Of a stretch of DNA of 64,000 nt, positions 10,274 to 20,627 are shown one piece after another. Each line of letters opens with the position of its first letter. Positions within the stretch are counted from its first letter, which is position 1. Position numbers and translations under genes: made by a program. Source of the DNA: Candidatus Poribacteria bacterium (GTDB lineage: Bacteria > Poribacteria > WGA-4E > WGA-3G). The notes under the pieces were generated by a model. The model saw only the letters and a program-made list of their open reading frames with translations. It was not told the origin of the DNA and did not search any database. The stretch covers positions 9,414 through 73,413 of the forward strand of contig JAJEET010000143.1 of the NCBI GenBank assembly GCA_022820835.1. The letters are read 5' to 3'.

Positions 10274-12754
10274 ATGGACGCAATAAAAAATATACTGATT
10301 ATTACGAGCCTAATCATCGGGTTTGCAGCAACTCTCGTTACGGCTGAAGAACAAGCAGATGTCGTATTCGGACCTCAAGAGACGACGATAGAAGAACAGG
10401 CAGAAACGACTACCGAAACTCAGGCATCATCTGATACTGATGACGAGAAGTCAGATGAAACGAAGACAGCTGATACCACGGTGCCATCTGTCAACCCGAT
10501 GTTCGTTGTCAAAAAAATATCCTTTGAGGGTGTAAAAACTGTCTCCGAAGAAATGCTGCGTACGCTTATCCAGACACAGGTTGGCGATGAAGTGTCGCAA
10601 GAATTTCTTACCCAAGACTTGAAAAGCCTTTACAAAGACACGGGTTTCTTCTCCGAAGTTAACGTAGATACACAACCTGCCGAAGGCGGCGGACTCGAGA
10701 TTATCTATAAAGTCGTCGAAAACCCAAAAATCTCTGGTATTAATATTATCGGGAATGAAAACTTAAGCATTGGGAAATTGAAAAACGAGATTACACTCCG
10801 TCCAGATGAAATTTTTAGCGACCGACGACGATGGGAGAGCGAACGCGCCCTGAAAAAAGTCTATCACGACAAAGGATACTACCTTGTCGGTGTCCAAACA
10901 CACGTTGATGTGAGTGAGGACGAAACGCATACTGTTCAAGTCACCTTCGAGATCAACGAAGGTCCTCGGGTACGCATTACAGAGATCAATTTTATCGGTA
11001 ACCATCTGCTCACCGCCAACACATTGCGCAAGAAACTCAAAACCCGGACCGGTAAACCTTTCGACCAGATACTCTTTGAGGAAGAAGACCTTGCCTTCAA
11101 CCTTCGCAATTACTATCAAGACCGAGGGTTCGCACAGATTAAAGTCGTCGGATACGAAAAACGGTTCACTGAAGACAAAACAGGATTGATACTTGACATC
11201 ACCGTTGACGAAGGTCCCGAATATGTTATCGGAACTTATACACTTGAAGTTGAAGCCGGTGCCAAATCTCTGTTCTCCGAAAAGAAGATACGTGGGATGC
11301 TTGACCCGGCAGAGGGTGAAGTGTTCAACCGTGGAAACTTTGACGAATCTATCTCCAAATTACAGCAGGCTTATCTCGATAGAGGGTACCTGCTCTCTGA
11401 AGTCGTACCCGTCCCAACCTTTGATGAAAACGACGGATTGGTTAACATTACGCTACAGATCAACGAAGGCGATGTCATCGTCATCGGTAAGGTAATTATC
11501 AGCGGACTTGAGAAGACCATGGAGCATGTCGTCAAACGAGAATTGGACTTTTTGGACATCGAAACGGATGAATTGTTAGATGTCAAATCCTTGCGTAAGG
11601 CACGGCAACGGTTGTTCCAGATGGGATCTTTCATCCGTGCTGTCGATTTCGTGCCAAGCGACACCGACATAGAGAACCGAAAGGATTTGAGAGTCAATAT
11701 CGCGGAAACGCCGCGAACCGGAATGCTGAGCCTTGGCGGCGGATACGGAAGCGAAGGCGGCATCTTCGGGACTGCTGAAGTCGGACAGAACAATCTCCTC
11801 GGACGGGCATACAGAGTACACCTTAAAGGTGAAATAGGGACGCGTGACCATCACACAGCCGAAATTAGTTTTGGGACACCTTGGATACTTGGCACCCCCA
11901 CACGCCTCAACGCCCGGTTATATGATAACCGTCGTTTCCGGCGGCACTACGGAACCGTTGGCACACTCCTTAACCGAACGAATGCTAACTATCTATATGA
12001 TAGATATGTTTGGGGACGACGCGGCGCGTCTGTAACTCTCGGCAGACCCATCGCTTATGATATTGATCTCTCTGTCAGGTTCAGGAACGAACATGTCGAA
12101 GTACACAACCCAGATAAACCTTTTAATCGTTCCACCCGCAGTATCCTCTTTGCCGTTGGGCGGGATACTCGCGACTATCGCACCTCTTTATATGACCCAA
12201 CTGGCGGGGCATCGCATTCGCTCTCTTATGAATATTCCGGTGGTATCTTAGGGGCAGACAACCAATTCCAAAAATACTACGCTGACACCAGTTGGTTCTA
12301 CAGTGGTTGGTGGAACCATGTGATCGCATTTCACGCACGGGCAGGTTTCATGCAAAGTAAAAGTGCCGATCGAGAATTCCTATATTATGAACGGTTCTTC
12401 CTCGGTGGTGTAGACACTATCCGCGGCTACGAAAACTATGAAATCTACCCGGACCCTGATGAAACAGGACATTTCAACCCCTATGGTGGTGACAAAGTAC
12501 TCTTCGCGAATATTGAGTATCGTATTCCAGTGTCCCCGCAGCTCACTGCTGCACTGTTTTTCGATATAGGACAAGTATGGGATGAAAGTGTTAGAAACCC
12601 GTTTACGCAGATTAACCCGAAACGTGGACTCGGGGTCGAGGCGCGACTCAATATGTTCGGCATGCTGGCACGCTTAGGTTGGGGATACGGCTTGGACCGC
12701 ATCAGCGGTGAACCCGCTGGGAGATTCCACTTTACCATTGGACCAGGATTCTAA
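10274..12754 (+). CDS. bamA: Outer membrane protein assembly factor BamA (Omp85), with POTRA repeats and a C-terminal beta-barrel
   Basis: Signal peptide MDAIKNILIITSLIIGFAATLVTA, repeated POTRA-like units, C-terminal surface-antigen barrel ending in F. Followed by skp and lpxD as in other diderm bacteria. Confidence 0.85.
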   Translation: MDAIKNILIITSLIIGFAATLVTAEEQADVVFGPQETTIEEQAETTTETQASSDTDDEKSDETKTADTTVPSVNPMFVVKKISFEGVKTVSEEMLRTLIQTQVGDEVSQEFLTQDLKSLYKDTGFFSEVNVDTQPAEGGGLEIIYKVVENPKISGINIIGNENLSIGKLKNEITLRPDEIFSDRRRWESERALKKVYHDKGYYLVGVQTHVDVSEDETHTVQVTFEINEGPRVRITEINFIGNHLLTANTLRKKLKTRTGKPFDQILFEEEDLAFNLRNYYQDRGFAQIKVVGYEKRFTEDKTGLILDITVDEGPEYVIGTYTLEVEAGAKSLFSEKKIRGMLDPAEGEVFNRGNFDESISKLQQAYLDRGYLLSEVVPVPTFDENDGLVNITLQINEGDVIVIGKVIISGLEKTMEHVVKRELDFLDIETDELLDVKSLRKARQRLFQMGSFIRAVDFVPSDTDIENRKDLRVNIAETPRTGMLSLGGGYGSEGGIFGTAEVGQNNLLGRAYRVHLKGEIGTRDHHTAEISFGTPWILGTPTRLNARLYDNRRFRRHYGTVGTLLNRTNANYLYDRYVWGRRGASVTLGRPIAYDIDLSVRFRNEHVEVHNPDKPFNRSTRSILFAVGRDTRDYRTSLYDPTGGASHSLSYEYSGGILGADNQFQKYYADTSWFYSGWWNHVIAFHARAGFMQSKSADREFLYYERFFLGGVDTIRGYENYEIYPDPDETGHFNPYGGDKVLFANIEYRIPVSPQLTAALFFDIGQVWDESVRNPFTQINPKRGLGVEARLNMFGMLARLGWGYGLDRISGEPAGRFHFTIGPGF

Positions 12755-12934
12755 AAAGTTCTAAGAACGAAACTTTCGAAATATTCAAAGTTTACCTGAA
12801 TGTTCATCCAGTCATATATCTCACTAAGGAGGGTGAGGGAATCATACATAAACTCACAAACTCGAATGACTGGCAACACATGTAACGCCTTCAGATGATG
12901 AGCCTATTAATTTCTCAGAAGAAAGGATAAAAAT

Positions 12935-13516
12935 ATGAAATCACTTCGACGGGGTGCTTCTGAAGCACGCCTAACTCTATTACTAATTATTATTGCCGCT
13001 TTCAGTTTTAGTACAGGAAGTATCGGGCAGGAAGCTTTCAAAATCGGGGTCGTCAACACTGAAGAAGTCCTAAAAGGATCAGAAGCAGCGACAAAAGCGA
13101 CTGAAACGCTCAGAGCAGCAGGGGAACGACTGCAGAAACAATTGCAAGAGAAAGCAGACGCAGTCCGTACCATACAAGAGCAGAAAGCGAAAACTCAGCT
13201 GTTCGTTGAAGATGCGCAAACCGCAGATTTAGACAACCAGATCCTCCAACTTCAGCAGGAATACCAGCGGGATCGCGAAATCGGGCAGCAAGCACTCTTA
13301 GACAAAGAGAGAGAATTGCTTGAACCGATTTACAAATCCCTTGAAGAATTGATTATTAATGTCGGAAAAACCGAAAACTATGATATTATCCTCGAAAAAC
13401 GACTCATCACGCTCTATGTCAAAGAAGAATACGATTTGACGAAGAAGTTTATCGAATTGATGAACGAAAACGGCGAAAATGGCGAAAACGGCGAAAACGG
13501 CGAAAAATCCGAATAA
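12935..13516 (+). CDS. skp: Periplasmic chaperone Skp/OmpH-like, with a C-terminal GENGENGENGE repeat
   Basis: Signal peptide, a ~150-aa Q/E/K-rich coiled coil, and its position between bamA and lpxD. Confidence 0.65.
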   Translation: MKSLRRGASEARLTLLLIIIAAFSFSTGSIGQEAFKIGVVNTEEVLKGSEAATKATETLRAAGERLQKQLQEKADAVRTIQEQKAKTQLFVEDAQTADLDNQILQLQQEYQRDREIGQQALLDKERELLEPIYKSLEELIINVGKTENYDIILEKRLITLYVKEEYDLTKKFIELMNENGENGENGENGEKSE

Positions 13517-13586
13517 CGCTACACGCCTAAACTCCGAAATCATGAACCTTTCACAACTACGGAGAAAGGATGAGGGTTAGACACTT

Positions 13587-14633
13587 ATGAAACTCAAGGA
13601 AATTTGCGAACACCTTGATGGAGAACTCTCCGGAGATGGTGATATTGAAATTACAGGAGTTTCTGGTATTAAAGAAGCGCTGCCAACTCAGATTACTTTT
13701 GTTGCTAACCCGAAGTACATCGCTGCTTTAGCCACAACGCAAGCAGGCGCAATTATCATCGGACACGGTGTCCCTGGAAACGGGAAATCGACAATCCGTG
13801 TTAAAGACCCCTATTGGGCTTTTCTTCAAGTCTTACAGATGTTCTCAGTCGATAAGAACCGTCAAGCCCTTCCGGGAATCGATGAAACCGCAATTCTCGG
13901 CGAGAATGTGAAACTCGGAGAACGGGTCGCCATCCAAGCGTTTACCTATATCGCTGACAATGTCGAAATCGGGGACGACACCGTCATACAACCCTACGTC
14001 TATATCGGAGAAGGCACCACAATCGGTGCTGATGGACTCATCTATCCGCACGTTAGCATACGAGAAGAAATCACTATCGGGGATCGTGTGACGATCCATT
14101 GCGGTGCGGTTATCGGGAGTGACGGTTTCGGGTTCGCTCCAGTCAACGGACATCACCACAAAATTCCGCAGATCGGCACCGTCGTCATTGAGGACGATGT
14201 TGAGATCGGCGCGAACACCACTATTGACAGGGCCACACTCTCTGAGACGCGCATCAAACGCGGCACCAAATTGGATAACCTCGTCCAGATCGCACACAAT
14301 GTGGTCATCGGAGAAGATTGCTGCCTCGCTGCACAGGTCGGGATTGCAGGGAGTACGACACTCGGAGATCGCGTAAATATCGCAGGACACGGCGGCGCAG
14401 CCGGACATTTAACGCTCGGCGAGGACAGCGTCGTTTACGCGAAATCCGCTGTGACGAAGGATATGCCTCCAGGAAGCCGCCTCTCCGGATTCCCCGCACG
14501 TCCACATAAACAAGAACTCCGAATTCGCGCCGCGACTCGAAAACTACCAGAACTGCTCCCTGAATTCACAAAACTCCAAAAACGGGTGGCGGAACTCGAA
14601 GCAAAAATTCAAGAGCTGGAGGATGCAACATAA
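13587..14633 (+). CDS. lpxD: UDP-3-O-acylglucosamine N-acyltransferase LpxD
   Basis: LpxD N-terminal domain, left-handed beta-helix hexapeptide repeats and a C-terminal helical tail. Conserved position after skp. Confidence 0.85.
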   Translation: MKLKEICEHLDGELSGDGDIEITGVSGIKEALPTQITFVANPKYIAALATTQAGAIIIGHGVPGNGKSTIRVKDPYWAFLQVLQMFSVDKNRQALPGIDETAILGENVKLGERVAIQAFTYIADNVEIGDDTVIQPYVYIGEGTTIGADGLIYPHVSIREEITIGDRVTIHCGAVIGSDGFGFAPVNGHHHKIPQIGTVVIEDDVEIGANTTIDRATLSETRIKRGTKLDNLVQIAHNVVIGEDCCLAAQVGIAGSTTLGDRVNIAGHGGAAGHLTLGEDSVVYAKSAVTKDMPPGSRLSGFPARPHKQELRIRAATRKLPELLPEFTKLQKRVAELEAKIQELEDAT

Positions 14634-15570
14634 CGATACCAGACAACCGAAGGTATACCACTTCTTAGATTATGTGGCAGTTCTGCGACCTACGCTACTA
14701 TTTCCAGTCTGGACACTTCTGCTATTGGGATACCACCATGGACACGCTTCACGATCAGGATCAGAGATACACCAGCCACTCCATTTATGGGTAACCCTTT
14801 TCCTATACTCACTGTTGATGGGAGCCGTCTACATTGTCAATCAAATAGCAGATCGGGAGACAGATGCACACAATGACAAACTATATCTCGTCGCACAAGG
14901 GTATGTAAAACTTCGGATACTTAAATGGCAAGTAGGGGTGTTGGTGGCATTCTCAATTTTGTTGAGCCTGTTCGTCTTTCCGGAAAATCCAGCATATCTT
15001 ATTCTCATTTTACTCTCAACCTTGCTCGGATTCGCATACTCTGTACGGCCTGTCCGCCTCAAAGGGATACCAATTGCCGATTTATGTGCAAATGCTCTCG
15101 GATACGGGTGCATCGCCTTTCTTATCGGGTGGACGACGGTTACACCGATCGGTGTTGAAGCCGTATACCGCAGCCTTCCATATCTATTTTCTGTCGCCGC
15201 CGCTTTTGTAAATACAACGCTCCCTGACGTAAAAGGTGATAGCGTCGGCGGTGATAATACAACCGGTGTATGGCTCGGAAAAAGACGAGCATGTCTGTTA
15301 AGTTTAGTGCTGTTAATAGCCGCGATCGTTTCCGCTGTCCTGTTCAGAGATTGGATTGCCGGGGTAACAAGCGTCATCTGCTTACCAGTCTTTCTCTATA
15401 TGAACTTCTACCCAAAGCAAAATGTTATTATCTGGGCAACACGCATCGGGATCCTGACGCTAAGCCTCTGTGCTGGTGTGCTATTTCCTATCTACCTGCT
15501 CTGGTTTGGGGGTATCGTATTTGGCACCCGTTGGTATTATTCATTTCGTTTTGGCATCCGTTACCCGTAA
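14623..15570 (+). CDS. UbiA-family aromatic/isoprenoid prenyltransferase (membrane)
   Basis: Multi-TM protein with NQIADRETD (NxxxDxxxD) and a second Asp-rich motif (DVKGD). Overlaps the lpxD stop by 11 nt. Confidence 0.65.
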   Translation: MQHNDTRQPKVYHFLDYVAVLRPTLLFPVWTLLLLGYHHGHASRSGSEIHQPLHLWVTLFLYSLLMGAVYIVNQIADRETDAHNDKLYLVAQGYVKLRILKWQVGVLVAFSILLSLFVFPENPAYLILILLSTLLGFAYSVRPVRLKGIPIADLCANALGYGCIAFLIGWTTVTPIGVEAVYRSLPYLFSVAAAFVNTTLPDVKGDSVGGDNTTGVWLGKRRACLLSLVLLIAAIVSAVLFRDWIAGVTSVICLPVFLYMNFYPKQNVIIWATRIGILTLSLCAGVLFPIYLLWFGGIVFGTRWYYSFRFGIRYP

Positions 15571-15590
15571 CGCATTTATGAATTTGGAGG

Positions 15591-16454
15591 TTGAGGCAGA
15601 GACCCATGAAAACGCTGTTCGCATATCTTGAACTGGCGCGCCCCCTTAACGGAATCATCGCCTTTGTCTCCGCGTGGCTCGGTGGGATGTTCGCGAGCCA
15701 AGCTCGGATGGAAGAACTTATGAACATCCGATTGTTGCTGGTCTCAATCTCGGCATTCGCCTTGCTTTCTGCGGGAAACGCAATAAACGACTATTGCGAC
15801 TATGAGATTGATCGGATTAACCGTCCACGGAGACCCTTGCCATCGGGACGTATCCGCCGCAGAAATGCACTGATATTCGCTATCCTCCTTGTTGTCATCG
15901 GTGTCTGGGTAGGGACATTAATTAATAGGAACGCTACGGGGATCGCAATTCTCGTGTTTATCGCGCTTGCGAGTTACGCCTTCTGGCTAAAACGGACACC
16001 ATTTATCGGGAACTTAGTCGTAAGCGGATTAACCGGTTTAACATTTATCGCGGGAGGGGTCGCAATAGATTCGGTGCGCGGGACGTTGATTCCAGCAATC
16101 TTCGCATTCTTGTTTACGACAGCGAGAGAAATCGTCAAAGACCTCGAAGATACCGAAGGGGACCTGAAAAACAACGTAAAAACGCTTGCCATTCTCAACC
16201 CGCAACTCGCTGTCCAGGTGGCAATCGGTTTCATGGCATCGGTCGTCCTGTTTAGTCCGATCCCATACATATTCGGTTGGTATTCGTGGCACTATTTGCT
16301 GGTCGTTGTCTTCGGCGTTGATCTCGTGCTTATCGCTCTTGCGATACGTCTCTCACGAGATGCATCCAAAGAAAATTGCACTCGCATCCAATGTTGGATG
16401 AAGTGGGATATATTCGTTGGACTCGGTGCCATCTACCTCGGAACTTTTTTATGA
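15591..16454 (+). CDS. UbiA-family prenyltransferase, DGGGP-synthase-like
   Basis: NDYCDYEIDRINRPRRPLPSG and DLEDTEGD motifs. 287 aa and multi-TM. Confidence 0.7.
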   Translation: MRQRPMKTLFAYLELARPLNGIIAFVSAWLGGMFASQARMEELMNIRLLLVSISAFALLSAGNAINDYCDYEIDRINRPRRPLPSGRIRRRNALIFAILLVVIGVWVGTLINRNATGIAILVFIALASYAFWLKRTPFIGNLVVSGLTGLTFIAGGVAIDSVRGTLIPAIFAFLFTTAREIVKDLEDTEGDLKNNVKTLAILNPQLAVQVAIGFMASVVLFSPIPYIFGWYSWHYLLVVVFGVDLVLIALAIRLSRDASKENCTRIQCWMKWDIFVGLGAIYLGTFL

Positions 16455-17689
16455 TAAACTACGATGAAGTGATCGCTTTCTTAGAGAAAGAAAACATGGA
16501 CACAGATGTTGTTGCCCGTTTTAAACAGGCGTATCAAACCTTTTGTGAAACAGGCAAATGGCAGCCCGCGTACGAAGTGCGTGTCGCAGGGTGGCAACAA
16601 CTCGATGGCGTTATGTTGTTAGAACCGGAGCGGATGCTTGAAAACGATTACCAAGTCCATATCATAGCAACAAACGAGCGCAGTCTACGGGAACTACTAT
16701 TGGCGTTTCCGAGACGACAAATAGGACTGTTTCATCTCACAGAGAAATGGATAGAAGGCAGAATTCCGGATGTTATAGACGGCGATAGTGTTCGGACGAA
16801 CGCCGGTTCTTTTTATCGAGGGGTCAAACGCGGTAGCAGGACCAAAGCCGAGCAGCGAACCATCCTGAAACGAAAGGATGCTATTGTTTCATATTCCCGT
16901 AAACTTACCTCATTGAAAGGGAAAATTGAACACTCACAATTTATTGCCGAAGGATCGTTGGTTGTAGAGAGAGCAGTAGCAGATGGATTTCCGATTGAAT
17001 CGCTGCTTTATACGCCTGAATTTGTCGCGACGATTGATGGAAAGGCTTTTCTCAAACGAGCAGTGGAGGAAAATTTATCCGTTTACCAAGTGAGTACGGG
17101 GATTATGGGATCAATCACGACGACGCGACCTGTTCCCGCAATTATAGCATCAATTCACCTGAGTTATCCGAACTTCCTTTCAGCGTCTGGTCATCTCAAT
17201 TTCCACTTCGGTTCGAGGTGTCTGTTGCTCATTGCAGAAGACATCGGGAATCCCGATAATCTTGGGATGACGTTACGGACCGCGGACGCGGCGGGCGTTT
17301 CTGCTGTTTTATTAAGTGAAACAGCCGCACATCCGTTTCACAAAAACTGTATCCGTGCCTCACGGGGTGCCGTGGGGCGTCTGCCTTTATTTCAGACACC
17401 GAGCATCACTGAAGCGATTGCGGCACTTCGCTCTTCGGGTTGGTGTGTATTAGGTGCCACAGCCAGTGCCGAAAACGACATATTCACGGCTGAGATTTCA
17501 CACCCGATTGCTATTGTTGTGGGTAATGAGAATACCGGACTCTCCGCTGAGGCACGCGAAAGCTGCACAGCATTGGTACGTATCCCGATGGCATCAGGAC
17601 AATCGTCGCTCAACGTAGCTGTCGCTGCTGGTGTCCTACTCTATGCGTTTGTACAACGTACAGAATTTGACAAACCGCCTAAAATGTGA
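16451..17689 (+). CDS. TrmH/SpoU-family RNA 2'-O-methyltransferase with a ~170-aa N-terminal domain of unknown function
   Basis: C-terminal SPOUT domain (IVVGNENTGLS, SLNVAVAAGVLLYAF) preceded by a substrate-binding subdomain. Its ATGA start overlaps the upstream gene's stop. Confidence 0.7.
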   Translation: MINYDEVIAFLEKENMDTDVVARFKQAYQTFCETGKWQPAYEVRVAGWQQLDGVMLLEPERMLENDYQVHIIATNERSLRELLLAFPRRQIGLFHLTEKWIEGRIPDVIDGDSVRTNAGSFYRGVKRGSRTKAEQRTILKRKDAIVSYSRKLTSLKGKIEHSQFIAEGSLVVERAVADGFPIESLLYTPEFVATIDGKAFLKRAVEENLSVYQVSTGIMGSITTTRPVPAIIASIHLSYPNFLSASGHLNFHFGSRCLLLIAEDIGNPDNLGMTLRTADAAGVSAVLLSETAAHPFHKNCIRASRGAVGRLPLFQTPSITEAIAALRSSGWCVLGATASAENDIFTAEISHPIAIVVGNENTGLSAEARESCTALVRIPMASGQSSLNVAVAAGVLLYAFVQRTEFDKPPKM

Positions 17690-17766
17690 TACAATTCTAT
17701 GGGGAAGAAGTATAATTTGTATCCGATATCTGTTATCAATTATCGGTAAAAAGGGGAAAATCGCAT

Positions 17767-18513
17767 TTGAGATCAAATTGGGTTCTTAACCATTTCTACG
17801 AGACACTTAAAAAATATAATGCAGGCTATCTCGTCCTAATTGATCCTGAGCAGTGTGAGGTTGAAAAATGTGCCAAACTCGCGCGAGAAATTGAACGTTC
17901 AGGGGCAGACGCTATATTACTTGGAGGCAGCTTTTTAACGAACGATTTGGGACCGATTGCGAAAGCACTCAAGCAGGAAACACAACTCCCGATTGTCCTA
18001 TTCCCAGGAGATTCGATGCACCTTACACCTTATGCGGACGCTATACTCTATATCAGCCTCATCAGCGGACGCAACCCGAACTATCTCATTGGCGAACAGG
18101 TCAAAGCAGCCCCCTGGATACAACGACACGCCCTAAAACCAATCCCTACGGGTTATATGCTTATTGAAGGGGGGAGCAGGACCGCTGTTGAGTTCATGAG
18201 CGGAACGATCCCGATCCCTCGTGACAAGCCAGATATCGCCGGACCGCACGCATTAGCAGCGGAATATCTCGGCATGCAGATGGTGTATTTAGAGGCTGGG
18301 AGCGGCGCAGCACACCCCGTCCCTGACGAAATGATCACCACTGTCAAAAACCAAATTAGTATTCCTGTAATCGTTGGTGGAGGGATCCGTACCCCGAAAA
18401 TCGCAGCTGAAAAAGTGGCAGCTGGCGCAGATTTCGTCGTGACAGGCAACGTTCTTGAAGAAAATGGATCCCTTGAACTCATGCAGGATTTTGCCAATGC
18501 CGTCCACGGCTAA
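17767..18513 (+). CDS. (Hepta/geranylgeranyl)glyceryl phosphate synthase, PcrB/GGGPS family
   Basis: Motifs align along the full length with PcrB/GGGPS (LIDPE, ILLGGS, ILYISLISGRNP, YLEAGSG, GGGIRTP, ADFVVTGNVLEE). TTG start after a purine-rich SD-like stretch. Confidence 0.8.
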   Translation: MRSNWVLNHFYETLKKYNAGYLVLIDPEQCEVEKCAKLAREIERSGADAILLGGSFLTNDLGPIAKALKQETQLPIVLFPGDSMHLTPYADAILYISLISGRNPNYLIGEQVKAAPWIQRHALKPIPTGYMLIEGGSRTAVEFMSGTIPIPRDKPDIAGPHALAAEYLGMQMVYLEAGSGAAHPVPDEMITTVKNQISIPVIVGGGIRTPKIAAEKVAAGADFVVTGNVLEENGSLELMQDFANAVHG

Positions 18514-18577
18514 GGCACTATAAATATACAAACGACCTTTTTAAACCACATTTTCAATAAGACAAGAGGATTTTATC

Positions 18578-19447
18578 ATGGCTGAAGTTAAAGAGATACC
18601 TATTCAAACAGAAACAGAGGAAAAAACAGAAGCAGAAGCGTCCCCAGAGAACAAGACTACGGATAGTGAAAATGGGGGTGACAAGACACTCGTCACTCGG
18701 ATGCGAGAAATGGCGGAGTCGTCTCTTGACACGATAAAATCGGAAGTCAAAAAAGTAATTGAAGAACGAATCTCTACCGTTGAAGAGACCGCTACCAACG
18801 TTACTTCAGAGGCTAAAAAAGAGGTAGAAGTCATTATCCAAAGGGTTCGAGAACAATTTGAAGTAGAACGCGAAGAGCTCCTGCGTGAAGAGATAGAAAA
18901 AGAGGTTGCCGCTGCCGTAGAAAAAGTACATGATGAATATAAAGGCGAACGTGATCTCCTACTCCGCACGGCAGCAGAAGCCGAGAATACCAAAAAACGC
19001 CTACAAGCAGATTATCAACGACAACTCAAATTCGCCAACGAAGGTATTCTTGAAGGGATGCTCCCCGTATTAGATAGTTTGGAAGCCGCGATTAAAAGTG
19101 TAAACGAGCAGGTAGAAGCGAGTGACGCTCCGACTGAGTTCACAAGTTTCAATGAAGGTGTACAACTCGTCCATAAACAGTTGCTGGATGCTCTTAAAAT
19201 CCATGGCCTGGTGCCTATTGAAGCCGTCGGTGAGACATTTGACCCGAACCAGCACGAAGCGCTTCTGATTACGCCCTCAGATGACGTGTCGGAAGGGAAG
19301 GTAATTGAGGAATTCCGGCGCGGCTACATGCTGCACACACGTGTTTTACGCGCATCGCAAGTTGTTGTTTCACAAGGCCCCCCTGAAGTTGACGAAACCG
19401 ACACACCTGACGACAATAATGAAAACGCCACCGCTGATGAGGCATAG
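18578..19447 (+). CDS. grpE: Nucleotide exchange factor GrpE, with an extended acidic N-terminal coiled coil and acidic C-tail
   Basis: GrpE core ([14 protein letters not shown] ... FDPNQHEA ... [16 protein letters not shown]) located upstream of dnaJ. Confidence 0.8.
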   Translation: MAEVKEIPIQTETEEKTEAEASPENKTTDSENGGDKTLVTRMREMAESSLDTIKSEVKKVIEERISTVEETATNVTSEAKKEVEVIIQRVREQFEVEREELLREEIEKEVAAAVEKVHDEYKGERDLLLRTAAEAENTKKRLQADYQRQLKFANEGILEGMLPVLDSLEAAIKSVNEQVEASDAPTEFTSFNEGVQLVHKQLLDALKIHGLVPIEAVGETFDPNQHEALLITPSDDVSEGKVIEEFRRGYMLHTRVLRASQVVVSQGPPEVDETDTPDDNNENATADEA

Positions 19448-19458
19448 GAAGGTATAAT

Positions 19459-20580
19459 ATGACGCAAAAACGCGATTACTATCAGGTATTGAACGTTGAT
19501 CGTGATGCCGACGAGAATGAGATTAAGAAGGCTTATCGCAAACTCGCTATCCAATTTCACCCCGATAAAAACCCTAACAATAAAGAAGCCGAAGACAAAT
19601 TCAAGGAAGCGACTGAGGCTTATGAAGTATTGCGAGACCCAGAGAAACGAAATACCTACGATAGATTCGGACACGCTGGACTTGAGGGAATGACGACCGA
19701 TTTCAGCGGGTTCGGTGTGAATCTTGATGACCTGTTTGGGGATGTTTTTGGCGACCTGTTAGGGGGGTTCGGCGGAAGGCAACGCGCCCCGAAACGGGGC
19801 CGTAGCCTGCAATACAACCTTGAAGTGACACTCGAAGATGTTATCCACGGTAAGCAGGTCTCGATCCAAGTACCACGCATCGAAACATGCTCAACATGCG
19901 GCGGCAGTGGCGCGAAACCCGGAACAGATGTCATAACCTGCCCGAGATGCCACGGAAGAGGACAAATCAGTCAATCACAGGGCTTTTTCACGATGGCGCG
20001 AACCTGCCCGAGATGCCATGGCGAAGGTGAAATCATACAAGACCCGTGCCCACCTTGTAATGGAAAAGGGGTCGTCCGAAATACACGCGAAATTAAACTC
20101 AATATTGATAAAGGGGTCGATTCCGGATTTAAGTATCAATTACGCGGTGAGGGTGAAGCAGGTCTCAACGGTGCTCCACCAGGTGATTTATACGTCGTTA
20201 TCAACGTCGCACCGCATGAGCGTTTCCATAGAGATGAAAACAATCTCATCACATCCGCCAAAATTTCGTTTATACAAGCGACACTCGGGGCAAAAATCAG
20301 CGTACAAGGGATTGATGGACATGAGGAGTTACATATTCCACCCGGCACACAATATGGCGCACAACTCCGTATACCTAACAAAGGTGTTCCTATTTACAAA
20401 CGCTCTAACATAGGAGACCTCATCGTCGAAATAGAAATCGAGACCCCGACGCACCTCAACAGTGAAGAACGAAGAAAGTTGGAAGAGTTTGCGGCTATGC
20501 GCGGTGAATCCGCGAACCAGGAACACGAAGGTTTCTGGGAAAAGTTACTCGGTCGTCATGAAGAGGATGACACCGAATAG
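19459..20580 (+). CDS. dnaJ: Chaperone DnaJ
   Basis: J domain with HPD, G/F region, four CxxCxGxG zinc-finger repeats and the C-terminal domains. Confidence 0.9.
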   Translation: MTQKRDYYQVLNVDRDADENEIKKAYRKLAIQFHPDKNPNNKEAEDKFKEATEAYEVLRDPEKRNTYDRFGHAGLEGMTTDFSGFGVNLDDLFGDVFGDLLGGFGGRQRAPKRGRSLQYNLEVTLEDVIHGKQVSIQVPRIETCSTCGGSGAKPGTDVITCPRCHGRGQISQSQGFFTMARTCPRCHGEGEIIQDPCPPCNGKGVVRNTREIKLNIDKGVDSGFKYQLRGEGEAGLNGAPPGDLYVVINVAPHERFHRDENNLITSAKISFIQATLGAKISVQGIDGHEELHIPPGTQYGAQLRIPNKGVPIYKRSNIGDLIVEIEIETPTHLNSEERRKLEEFAAMRGESANQEHEGFWEKLLGRHEEDDTE

Positions 20581-20627
20581 CGCTCCCTATCAGCGTCTAT
20601 CGTTCCGGGAATGGATAGATATGACAA

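Noticed and set aside
13466-13503. GENGENGENGE codon repeat at the Skp C-terminus as a possible repeat element
   Set aside because: It is a short in-frame low-complexity tail (12-nt unit, about three copies), not an independent element.
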